DNA of 63,542 nucleotides, counting the filler, from an uncultured Methanosarcinales archaeon (GTDB taxonomy: Archaea > Nanobdellota > Nanobdellia > Woesearchaeales > GW2011-AR9), in NCBI GenBank assembly GCA_964434885.1. It is 3 parts of 3 records of this genome, joined end to end, with 100 filler letters (N's around TTAATTAATTAA, not from the genome) between each part and the next. Parts side by side here need not be neighbours in the genome. Positions count along the whole stretch, not along the records: positions 1 to 23,827 come from CAYSWQ010000009.1; 2 more parts are not named here. One strand, given 5' to 3'. The notes under the pieces are model-generated. The model was not told the DNA's origin. It saw nothing but the letters and a program-made list of their open reading frames with translations, and did not search any database. The translations under genes and the position numbers were made by a program. Positions 1-8,885 of the stretch are shown one piece after another; the stretch's first letter is position 1; each line of letters opens with the position of its first letter.

Positions 1-607
1 ATAGATAACCAATTAATATTAATAAAAAACTAGTCATTACTAATAATGCATTATGTCTTCGATTAGCATTTAAATAATTCTTATAATAATTTAATACTAC
101 AATTCCCAAAATAACCATACTTGTAAGATAAAATACAAAGTACTTGAAATTACTAACTACTGAAATTAAAATAACCAAATAAACAAATAAACCAATTTGA
201 CTTATTTCGTAATATTTCTTCAGACGACCTGATTTTTTTTGAGAAATGAAAAAAATCAATAACCAAGCTCCCAACATAGTCATCATATATAGTAAAAATC
301 CTCCTCGAAAAAATAATTCAGAGTATTTTATTCCACTAGCTGCCATTCCTACTACCGGTATCAACACCACCTGAGCAGTATTTCTCAATGTTGAATAGTA
401 AACTAATCCTTGAGTCAGCATCTTAAAAACAAATCCCAACCCAACTAAAACAAAAGCTAATGAAAAATAAGCATATTTGTTTTCAGAACTAATTTTATAA
501 ACTCTCCAACTATAAGCTGCTATCAGCAAAGCAATAATTAAGCCAATACCATCAAACAGGATGTCCCATCCTTGAAACCATGTTGGAATGTAAAACGGTT
601 GATACAT
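1..607 (-). CDS. Multi-pass membrane protein, 3' end truncated by window edge
   Basis: Not in ORF track. Manual translation from ATG 607 gives MYQPFYIPTWFQGWDILFDGIGLIIALLIAAYSW..., open to position 1, with several hydrophobic helices and a GGTGA RBS upstream. Confidence 0.8.
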   Translation of the reverse strand, partial: MYQPFYIPTWFQGWDILFDGIGLIIALLIAAYSWRVYKISSENKYAYFSLAFVLVGLGFVFKMLTQGLVYYSTLRNTAQVVLIPVVGMAASGIKYSELFFRGGFLLYMMTMLGAWLLIFFISQKKSGRLKKYYEISQIGLFVYLVILISVVSNFKYFVFYLTSMVILGIVVLNYYKNYLNANRRHNALLVMTSFLLILIGYL

Positions 608-837
608 TAATATTCACCAAATAAATTATAACTTTTTACTACTTGATAATAAAATCTAGTTTACCCATTTAAAAACTTTATGGATTTTTTTATCATATTT
701 CAATTCTTGACCCAATATTCACAACCGATTAATAAGTACACATTATTCTACTAAATACACACCTCAAATACAATTAATTACTACCTTCCCCTTCAGGAAA
801 AATCACCTTCTTTCCTGGAGGTTTTTTCTTAAAAGAA

Positions 838-2970
838 TTATTCCATCCCCACTCCACTCCAAAGTGTCCAATCTTCTGAAGGAGAATACCCTCCAAAAGT
901 AAAATAAGGGGGTTGGGTTTGACCAAAATAACTATATTGAACGTCTCCCCATCTTTTTTGTGCTGGGGCACCACCAACACCAGTACCATAAACAGGACTA
1001 CCAAATAATTGCCAAGTCTTCATCACACTATGAAATCCTGAAACATCAGTACTATAATCTGCCCCAGGTTCAACAGTTAATGGACCTTTATACCCATGCT
1101 TTTTCAAAATATGTACTGCTTCCTTTACCGGAGTATTTCCTTGTCCAGGAGCAAGATGATCATCTTGATAACCATAATTATCAACTAAATGAACATTACC
1201 AATAATTCCTTTTTTAGCCATCTCATCAACTTTATCTAAAAACCACTTATTAAAATCTTGATCTACTTGCTCAGGGGTTTGACCTTCTTTCCCTTTCCAA
1301 TACTTTCTCCACATATTCATATGTCCTGTATCTAAAGTTGCTTTAATGTGGTCTTTCGCTTCCTGTTTAGCTTGACTTTCAGAATATCCTTTTTGTTGAA
1401 GGGAGTGTATCATTTGTTGCCTAGAACCTTCCACCAAATTAATCAATTCGTCTGGGTGTGCCCCATAGCTTTCTGGAAATAAATTTTCCATAGCAATAAA
1501 TAATGGATTTTTCAATTTCCCAGCCTTTTCCAATTTATCACTTTCTTGCATAGCTTTGATTGCTGCATCAGCATAAGCTCCACAACTTTGATTGAAAGCA
1601 TAAGTTTCCGCACTCTCAACATGTTTAATATTTTCCATTTGCTCGTGAGCTTGCGCCCATTGTGAAGCAGCTCCCTCTTGTGCATAAGACATGCTTTGTT
1701 TAATATCTCTAATTCCTTTCTTGATAATATCAGAAGTAAGTTCCATATCTGGAGGAATTAAATCTGAAGGTACATAACGCGCTAAATCACCAGCTTGTCT
1801 CTTTAACCTCCATAATTCATCTGGATCAGTTTCTTTCTCAATTTTTTCATATACTTCTTTAGCCTTAATCAACTTTTTAAGATTTTTAACACTTACATCA
1901 AAAGTTCCTCCATAATAATGAGCGAAACCTTTAGCTTGAGAGGCACTAGTTTCCATCGAAGAAATAACATATGCTTCTTCTGGTTTTACTCTAATTTGAT
2001 TTACAGATTCAATTTTATCATTAAGAAACCTAAACCATATTGAATCATTTACTTCTTTTTCAGTCATCTTACCTGCTTTCCATTTTTTCCAATCTGCTCT
2101 TGCTCTTTCAGTCATTTCATCAGCTTCTTTTTCCATAATGTCCCAAGTCATCAATTGAGTTTCAAAAGCTTCTTTTTCTTTGTTAAATTTAGGCAATCTA
2201 TCTTTAGGATCAATTCTTTCACCCATATAATTCAAATAATCCCCTGGCCTAACTACTTCACCATTTTTATCTCGATAAGTATTTCCACCATGTTCATCCC
2301 AATATTCATTTCCTTCTTCATAACGATTCCAAATAGGTCTAGCTACAGGTCTATTCTTCCTAGCTTCCACTAAAGCTTGTCCTGTTCGGTTATCAATAAC
2401 TTTAAAAGTTGCCATATCTGGTTCTTCTTTGTAAGATTCAAATCTTCCAGCATATTCTCCTTCTTGATTCCATTCCGCCTCACTCAAAGGTCTTTGAAAT
2501 TCCCCAGTATGAACTACAACATTCCCTCCTCGCGCAACATCAGCTGCAAACTCTATTGCCCTTTTAATTTCATCTACTGCAAACTTCCGATTAGCTTTAG
2601 AAAAATTCCCTTGTTGATCCATTCCTGCTAAACCCATAATTCCAACCGTAGCGTGAGTAGTAAAATCAACTTCTGTAGCCCTACTCATTTCTTCTAAAGC
2701 TTGTCTTTGTAATTTACCATAATATTCTGGAGTATGTTGTTGACCTTGACCTTTTCCCGTACCTGTAAATCCTAATTCTACACTTTTAACTCCTGCTCTT
2801 AACTTTCCTTGTACTGCAGAAACATTTGGCACTGGACCTAGCCCCATACTCATTCCAATATCTTTTACTCCTACCCCTACATCATTAGTACTATTATCTG
2901 ACGGCTTTGATTCTCCATATGCCCGATCCATTGGATGTGAGTAAGTAGTGCTTGAACTTCCAAATTTCAT
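838..2970 (-). CDS. Xylose isomerase/AP endonuclease 2-like TIM-barrel metalloprotein with large helical insertion
   Basis: Motifs VELG, TTHA, VVVHTG, IAMEN, LDTGH, VHLVD, DDHL.PG.G, TVE match the metal-ligand pattern of this fold. Confidence 0.75.
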   Translation of the reverse strand: MKFGSSSTTYSHPMDRAYGESKPSDNSTNDVGVGVKDIGMSMGLGPVPNVSAVQGKLRAGVKSVELGFTGTGKGQGQQHTPEYYGKLQRQALEEMSRATEVDFTTHATVGIMGLAGMDQQGNFSKANRKFAVDEIKRAIEFAADVARGGNVVVHTGEFQRPLSEAEWNQEGEYAGRFESYKEEPDMATFKVIDNRTGQALVEARKNRPVARPIWNRYEEGNEYWDEHGGNTYRDKNGEVVRPGDYLNYMGERIDPKDRLPKFNKEKEAFETQLMTWDIMEKEADEMTERARADWKKWKAGKMTEKEVNDSIWFRFLNDKIESVNQIRVKPEEAYVISSMETSASQAKGFAHYYGGTFDVSVKNLKKLIKAKEVYEKIEKETDPDELWRLKRQAGDLARYVPSDLIPPDMELTSDIIKKGIRDIKQSMSYAQEGAASQWAQAHEQMENIKHVESAETYAFNQSCGAYADAAIKAMQESDKLEKAGKLKNPLFIAMENLFPESYGAHPDELINLVEGSRQQMIHSLQQKGYSESQAKQEAKDHIKATLDTGHMNMWRKYWKGKEGQTPEQVDQDFNKWFLDKVDEMAKKGIIGNVHLVDNYGYQDDHLAPGQGNTPVKEAVHILKKHGYKGPLTVEPGADYSTDVSGFHSVMKTWQLFGSPVYGTGVGGAPAQKRWGDVQYSYFGQTQPPYFTFGGYSPSEDWTLWSGVGME

Positions 2971-3063
2971 TCTATAACAATCTTACCTCTTTTCAACAAT
3001 AATCAAAGTATTAATGTTTATATAATTTACTGATTAATCAACAAAAAAGTATTCATAATAAAT

Positions 3064-3699
3064 TCAACTCTGATACTCAGTTCCTTTCCCACTACGATAA
3101 CTACTTTGTAAACTAGAACCAATTTGTTTAGTCAACATAGCCATATTTTCTAATTCTTCAGTTATAGAATAATTACCTGCTTCAATATCTTCTAATTTCT
3201 TTTCTGTCGCTGCACTTAGATATTCGATCTTTCGACCTTCAGCAGCAGAAATATATCCTTTCTCCCCTACAGATTGATGAATGTCTTTTAATTCTTGATA
3301 AATACTCTGAATCGGTTCTTGACTTAAAGCTGCCGCATAATCACTTTGCATCACTTCTGGAGCCATTACAATTCTCTCCCGAGCAGCGATCTCTTCCAAA
3401 TCTTCTTGTACTTCTTCTTTAATACTTTTATCGACAACCTCTCCTTTTTTCTCATCACTCTTTAAACCTTTATGTGATTCTAAAACTTCTTTTTCTGCTG
3501 CACTCAATTCAACAGAACCTTCTACTGCTACTTGAGGAATAGGTACTTTTCTTTGCCATTCTTCTTTAGCTGTTAATTCACTCTCACTTTCTTTTAACAT
3601 CTTTTGAGCTTCCGCTATCTCTTTTTTCTTCTTCTTTTCCAATTCCTTCAATTTCTTAATCTTCTCTTCTGGAGCAAGATTCTTTAAATCATCAGCCAT
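3064..3699 (-). CDS. Hypothetical charged/coiled-coil protein
   Basis: 211 aa ORF, K/E-rich N-terminus, co-oriented with neighbours. Confidence 0.75.
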   Translation of the reverse strand: MADDLKNLAPEEKIKKLKELEKKKKKEIAEAQKMLKESESELTAKEEWQRKVPIPQVAVEGSVELSAAEKEVLESHKGLKSDEKKGEVVDKSIKEEVQEDLEEIAARERIVMAPEVMQSDYAAALSQEPIQSIYQELKDIHQSVGEKGYISAAEGRKIEYLSAATEKKLEDIEAGNYSITEELENMAMLTKQIGSSLQSSYRSGKGTEYQS

Positions 3700-3735
3700 A
3701 CGACTAGAAAACCATCAAACCTTAAAAATTTATCC

Positions 3736-5160
3736 TCACCAATGAACCATCCGATGAGATTTCTTAAAAATTTTATAAATATTATAACAATGAAAAGTAA
3801 CAAAACCATTAGCTGCCCCAATATTATCTTTAGACATAGTTAATTTATCTTTAATTCCTTTCGGTTTAGCAACATTCTTTTTTTTACCAACAGTAATAAA
3901 ATCACCCAGCATTCTTTCTGTAAAACTTTTTTTCTGAGGGGTTTCCTTTTTCTTTTTATTTTTAACCTCTTCTCCTGCTTCTTCCAAATAACTAAATAAT
4001 TCATCACCTAGTGCTTCCATCGCTGCCTTAACAGAATCAGAAATAGTTTTTAATAATTCCAAACTTTCTCTTTGTTTCATTTCCCGATATTTTTTTATTT
4101 GGTGTTTATTCCAAAGATATCTTCGAATATTCAATTCTAATTGACCTACATGAACTGGTCCTCTTTGATAACCTTCTTGAACAAATTTCATACTTGGACT
4201 AGTTCGATAATTAAAAGTAACTATTAAAACTCCATGGTGCTTACCATACTTACGAGAAGCCAATAACTCAATGTCAACCATACTTCCCTCAAAAGCAGCT
4301 ATTAAATCAGGAGCAGAAGCATGCTTATCCTTGGGTGACATTCTTTGAATATTTTTTAAATATGGTTTAGACCATTCCATATACATTTTAATAATATCAA
4401 AATGTTGTCTTAAATACTGCAAAGTGAATCTTCTCCGATTAATCATTTCTGAATTTGTTCTTTTTTTCCATTCCATAAATTGTCGAGTATGTCTTTTCAA
4501 AACTTCTTTCACTTTTAAATTAAAATCTAAAGCATTAACATAATTTTCCATTTCAGCTGCATCTTTAAATGGAGGTGCATCAAAAAACAAATCTGGTAAG
4601 GTAGTAAATTCTAATTCTCTAGCCATCCCATAAACTGAAGCTGCATTTTTAGCTCCCCCCTGAACAAGATCAATAAACATTCCTTTCAAAGTAATTTCTG
4701 CCCCTTTCATTCTTTGATTCATAGGTTTATCTCCTTGCATTGCTGATTCACGATAATAAGTTAATCTTTCATCCAATATTCGTAACTCTCTAACTAATTG
4801 AAAAAGCTCTTTCACCATTTTGCCAATGGTTGCTAAAAATTGAGAAACCTTATCTTGCTGACCCCCTAATCTTTGTTGAGTAATTCCAAAAAAAGCACTA
4901 GTTTCAGCAGAAGCATAAGTGTCTTCAGTCTTTTCAATATGGGGAAATCCAGCATCATAACGTAAGTATTTCAAAATCCAGAAGTAAGGTTCTTCGATAT
5001 TCAAATCTGGAACTTCATACATAACTCGGAATCTTTTTTTCGGCTTAGGAAAACCAGTAGGCACAAAATATTCTCTAAAATCTTCTGCTACTTCTTCCTT
5101 TTCAAAACCATGTTCTTTCAATAATTCCGAACTAACCATCTGACACCTTCTTTTAATCAA
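3736..5160 (-). CDS. Conserved-looking hypothetical protein (true start probably ATG 5139)
   Basis: 474 aa ORF; AGGTG RBS precedes MVSSELL. Confidence 0.8.
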   Translation of the reverse strand: MIKRRCQMVSSELLKEHGFEKEEVAEDFREYFVPTGFPKPKKRFRVMYEVPDLNIEEPYFWILKYLRYDAGFPHIEKTEDTYASAETSAFFGITQQRLGGQQDKVSQFLATIGKMVKELFQLVRELRILDERLTYYRESAMQGDKPMNQRMKGAEITLKGMFIDLVQGGAKNAASVYGMARELEFTTLPDLFFDAPPFKDAAEMENYVNALDFNLKVKEVLKRHTRQFMEWKKRTNSEMINRRRFTLQYLRQHFDIIKMYMEWSKPYLKNIQRMSPKDKHASAPDLIAAFEGSMVDIELLASRKYGKHHGVLIVTFNYRTSPSMKFVQEGYQRGPVHVGQLELNIRRYLWNKHQIKKYREMKQRESLELLKTISDSVKAAMEALGDELFSYLEEAGEEVKNKKKKETPQKKSFTERMLGDFITVGKKKNVAKPKGIKDKLTMSKDNIGAANGFVTFHCYNIYKIFKKSHRMVHW

Positions 5161-5175
5161 TTAATATCTTGTGGT

Positions 5176-5814
5176 TTAAATAGTTTTCTGACATCTAAAA
5201 AAACCCAATCCTTCTTTCTCATAAAAATCAACTTTAAAACCAAATCCTTCCAAATATCTTTTCCACCCAATAAAACCAATATTATTAACAACATGTTGTC
5301 TTTGCCAAGAATTAACTTTCTCTTTTGATTGTACCACCACCAACTTCCCTTTTTCATCTAAAACTCTACCAACTTCTTGCAACAACCCTTCAAAATCATT
5401 AACATAATTCAATAAAAAAACCATTGTAACAGAACTAAATTGTCCATCAGGGAAAGGTAATTTCTTCTCAACATCACCCACAAATCTCTCAACTAAATTA
5501 TCATTCAGCTTCAACATTCTTTCAGAAATATCAAAACCTACAGAATTAACATAACTATAACTTCCACAACCAATATCTAAATTTTGATTTCCACTACTTT
5601 TCTCCAAAAAACTCAACTCTTGTTTAATCAATTCTCTTTTTTCAGAACTAATTTTGTTTCCCCACATAAAAGATTCTCCATTCCAAAAAGCTCCTCGAGA
5701 ATCAGGCCAACCTTTCAACCATTTAACCTTCTTAGAAAGCGCAATAATTTTTTCTTTAGCCCTATTATCTCCATAATCTAATTCCAATTTCCTCAAAAAA
5801 AAATCATCTTCCAT
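5176..5814 (-). CDS. Class I SAM-dependent methyltransferase
   Basis: LDIGCG motif I, GFDIS, GDVEKKLPF, RVL..GKLVV; start taken at MEDDFF. Confidence 0.85.
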   Translation of the reverse strand: MEDDFFLRKLELDYGDNRAKEKIIALSKKVKWLKGWPDSRGAFWNGESFMWGNKISSEKRELIKQELSFLEKSSGNQNLDIGCGSYSYVNSVGFDISERMLKLNDNLVERFVGDVEKKLPFPDGQFSSVTMVFLLNYVNDFEGLLQEVGRVLDEKGKLVVVQSKEKVNSWQRQHVVNNIGFIGWKRYLEGFGFKVDFYEKEGLGFFRCQKTI

Positions 5815-5815
5815 T

Positions 5816-6943
5816 TTAAAACAACAAAGCTGCAAAACTCATAAACCCATTAAAGATCATTCCTCCCATTAAACTATCGGTCAACAAAACTACTCCTAAA
5901 ACCAACATTCGACCTACACAAATATAAACTTCTCGACTAACAAAATAATAAGCCATCTGTCCTTCAACTTTATCGTACTCTAAAGCTCCTACTGGAGATT
6001 CAATCACTCCATGTACCAATGATCCAAAAATTGTAGCCCCAAAAACTCCTGCCACTGAAGAAATTAATGCCCGAATAAACCAAGACAAACTTTCAAAACC
6101 AACACTCCATCTAATAATTCTCCTTTTACTAGTATGGTCACTATATTCTCCCATTATCCAAATAAGAATAGCACTTACGCCTGCTGTTACTGAACCAACT
6201 ATTCCCAATGAAAAATAATCACCCAATATACCAAAAATAAACAAAGGCCAAATTACTCCTACTGCCATAACTCTAGAACCACGACTTACAAAAAAAACAG
6301 AATTCTCCCAATGTTTCCTAATAAAAATCTTTTTCAAAGAAAAGTGATACCTAATATGTTTGTCTCGACTTAAAAATAAAAAGAAAGCAGAAGAAAACAA
6401 TAAAACAGAAGCCAATAAAAAAACCAATTGAAAGCCTGCATATTTTATTAACACTCCTCCCAACAATGGACCTAACATAGTTCCAAAAATTGAAATACTA
6501 GTTCTCTTACCAACTTCAGCCCCACGATGACTATGGTGGCTAGCTTTATAAAAAACAGAATGCATACCTACCCAATAAAAAGACATCGAACATCCAATTA
6601 AAATCCCAGGAATAAAATAAGGTATATTAATTATCGGCATAAAATATAATCCCAAAACAAAAAACAAATACAGAGGTACACTCATTAAAATAGAATGTTT
6701 AATTCCGTATCGAGCTGAAAACTTAGCAGAAAGTGGACTAAAAATTGCAAAAGATAAAGAATAATAAACAAAAAAAAGTAATGTTTGAGTCATTGGATAA
6801 TTTAATTCTTTATGTAAATAAATCGGCACAAATAAACTAATCATAGAAATCGCAAATGATTTCAAGGCTACTGAAACATAAATTCGGTTCAACTCTTTTT
6901 TGGGAAAAAATCTCCACCAAAAATGTTCGTGATGATGATGCAT
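5816..6943 (-). CDS. MFS transporter with His-rich N-terminus
   Basis: About 12 hydrophobic segments, GTMLGPLLGG and G.YSD..SKR MFS-like motifs; starts MHHHHEH. Confidence 0.85.
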   Translation of the reverse strand: MHHHHEHFWWRFFPKKELNRIYVSVALKSFAISMISLFVPIYLHKELNYPMTQTLLFFVYYSLSFAIFSPLSAKFSARYGIKHSILMSVPLYLFFVLGLYFMPIINIPYFIPGILIGCSMSFYWVGMHSVFYKASHHSHRGAEVGKRTSISIFGTMLGPLLGGVLIKYAGFQLVFLLASVLLFSSAFFLFLSRDKHIRYHFSLKKIFIRKHWENSVFFVSRGSRVMAVGVIWPLFIFGILGDYFSLGIVGSVTAGVSAILIWIMGEYSDHTSKRRIIRWSVGFESLSWFIRALISSVAGVFGATIFGSLVHGVIESPVGALEYDKVEGQMAYYFVSREVYICVGRMLVLGVVLLTDSLMGGMIFNGFMSFAALLF

Positions 6944-7030
6944 ATATCATGTAAACTTCCAGTGTTTTTAACTTTTACTATTACCTCACAAAAAGATTAA
7001 TAAAGAATTACTTGATTCTATTTTAAAATA

Positions 7031-7120
7031 GGACCTGTGGTCTAGTAGCTATGACATCGCCTTGACTAATAATCTTATTCAAAACGGCGAAGATCCCCGG
7101 TGCGAGTCCGGGCAGGTCCA
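7031..7120 (+). tRNA. tRNA-Val(GAC) with 17-nt canonical 37/38 intron (7068-7084)
   Basis: Acceptor GGACCTG/CAGGTCC-A, anticodon stem TCGCC/GGCGA, BHB central helix TTGA/TCAA with 3-nt bulges. Confidence 0.85.
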
Positions 7121-7134
7121 TTAAAAAAGAGAAA

Positions 7135-7620
7135 ATGGATGGATCAACAATTATTGAAAAACCACTTTACACTTTACCTCAAGTAAAGAAAAGATTGATC
7201 ATTCCTAAACTTGTTAGTTTTTTTCTTTTAGGAATTATTTTTTATCTCGGAATAATATTAAATATGTCTTTATTGAACTTAACTGGAAAAACAAAAAATC
7301 TAGTTCTTGCAATCTCATTGATCTTGTTAGTGTTCTTAATTATTTTTGGAATTATCTATAATTTACTCAAAACAAAAAAAGAATACCTTTTCTATAAAAA
7401 CAAAATTATATTCTGGAAAAAAGAAATTCCTTACAAATTAATACTCAATATGGAAATAAAAAGAAATTTTTTAGATAAAATTTTCAAAACTTATTCTTTA
7501 CAACTAACAAAAAAATTTAGCATCAACAACATTCCCGAAACAATCCAAATAAAAGATTATTTACAAAAATTAATTAATTATAATAAAAAATACAACCAAT
7601 CTACTTCTACTCTTTCTTGA
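7135..7620 (+). CDS. Membrane protein with two TM helices and a probable bacterial PH-like soluble domain
   Basis: Two TMs followed by Y.FY..KII and ..RNFLDKIFKTYSL pattern. Confidence 0.6.
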   Translation: MDGSTIIEKPLYTLPQVKKRLIIPKLVSFFLLGIIFYLGIILNMSLLNLTGKTKNLVLAISLILLVFLIIFGIIYNLLKTKKEYLFYKNKIIFWKKEIPYKLILNMEIKRNFLDKIFKTYSLQLTKKFSINNIPETIQIKDYLQKLINYNKKYNQSTSTLS

Positions 7621-8608
7621 AACTAATATATTCTTTAATAATTATTGCCGTTAAAGATAAAATTAAAGGGCCAATAATCAAACCAACTGGGCCAACCAAC
7701 AATATTCCACCAAAAATACCCACCATTATTATTGCCGGGTGAATTTTAGCTTTATCTCCAATCATTTTTGGACGAATAAAATTATCTAAGCTACTTACAA
7801 AAATAAAACAAAAGACAAATAAACCAATTCCTTTATAGATTAAAATATTAGAATTTTGAAAAATTCCTTCTAATAAGATAAAGATTGCTGCTGGTACCCA
7901 AATCAACCCTGTTCCAATAAATGGAACTAATGCCAAAATTGCCATCATCGCTCCCCAAAATAAAGGGGAACTAACACCAAAAATTAAAAAACCAATTGTT
8001 CCGAAAAAACCCTGCATTAATGCAACTAACACATACCCATAAATAATTGAATGAATGACTTCTTGTAATCTACCAATAATTTTAAGATATTTTTTCTTTC
8101 TCATCCCAATATATTTGAAAATTTGATTGGTAAAAAATTTTCCTTCTCTTAAAAAATAGAATAAAGTAAAAAACATTACAAATAAATTTAGTAAAATTGC
8201 TGGAATACTTACTAAAACAGCAGAACCTTTTTGAATCACCCAACTAGTTATTGATTTAAAAACTTCTTGAAACTGAAAATTTATCTGGGGATCATTACTA
8301 AAACTTCTGACCATATTACAAAATGAATTTTGACAATTCTCAAAAAAACCAGTAGATAATTTTTGCTTACTTAAAATAAACAAAGAATATGATTCTTGAA
8401 TCATCCCATTAACAAAGAAGATAGAAGGGATAATAATCACAACAAACACTGCAACACAAACGAGTAAAGCGGCAACCATTCCTTTACTCCTTACTTTTAA
8501 CCATTTATACACTGGATAACTAATATATGCTAATAAAGCTCCTAAAAAAATAGAGATTAAAAAAGGTTCAAGCACTAAATAAGATAAAACCACTAACAAT
8601 AAAAACAA
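7607..8608 (-). CDS. AI-2E family transporter
   Basis: FFTLFYFLREG, ALVPFIGTGLIWVP, DNFIRPKMIG, IHPAIIMVGIFGG, GLIIGP motifs. Confidence 0.92.
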   Translation of the reverse strand: MFLLLVVLSYLVLEPFLISIFLGALLAYISYPVYKWLKVRSKGMVAALLVCVAVFVVIIIPSIFFVNGMIQESYSLFILSKQKLSTGFFENCQNSFCNMVRSFSNDPQINFQFQEVFKSITSWVIQKGSAVLVSIPAILLNLFVMFFTLFYFLREGKFFTNQIFKYIGMRKKKYLKIIGRLQEVIHSIIYGYVLVALMQGFFGTIGFLIFGVSSPLFWGAMMAILALVPFIGTGLIWVPAAIFILLEGIFQNSNILIYKGIGLFVFCFIFVSSLDNFIRPKMIGDKAKIHPAIIMVGIFGGILLVGPVGLIIGPLILSLTAIIIKEYISFKKE

Positions 8609-8870
8609 AGCAACCGGAATATAATCTCTAAACCCTATTTTTATTCACCTCTGACAAAAAGATATTTTATTTATTTATTAATCTATCTATTACATACAAC
8701 CAATATGTCAGTTTTGCCAAAGGAGCCACATTTTTTGTCCGTAGGCAAAGCCAAGGATAAAAAATAACTGTGGTGTGCAAACTGACAGATTAATTCTCTA
8801 TTAAAAACCAATATTTTATATTTAAAAATTATCTCAAAAAAATTTCAGAAAAAGAAAAAAAGAAAAAATA

Positions 8871-8885
8871 AAGGCTAAAAGCCTT
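8871..8885 (-). terminator. Hairpin plus U-tract after S-layer gene
   Basis: AAGGC-TAAAA-GCCTT overlapping the stop codon, followed on the minus strand by T-tracts. Confidence 0.5.
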
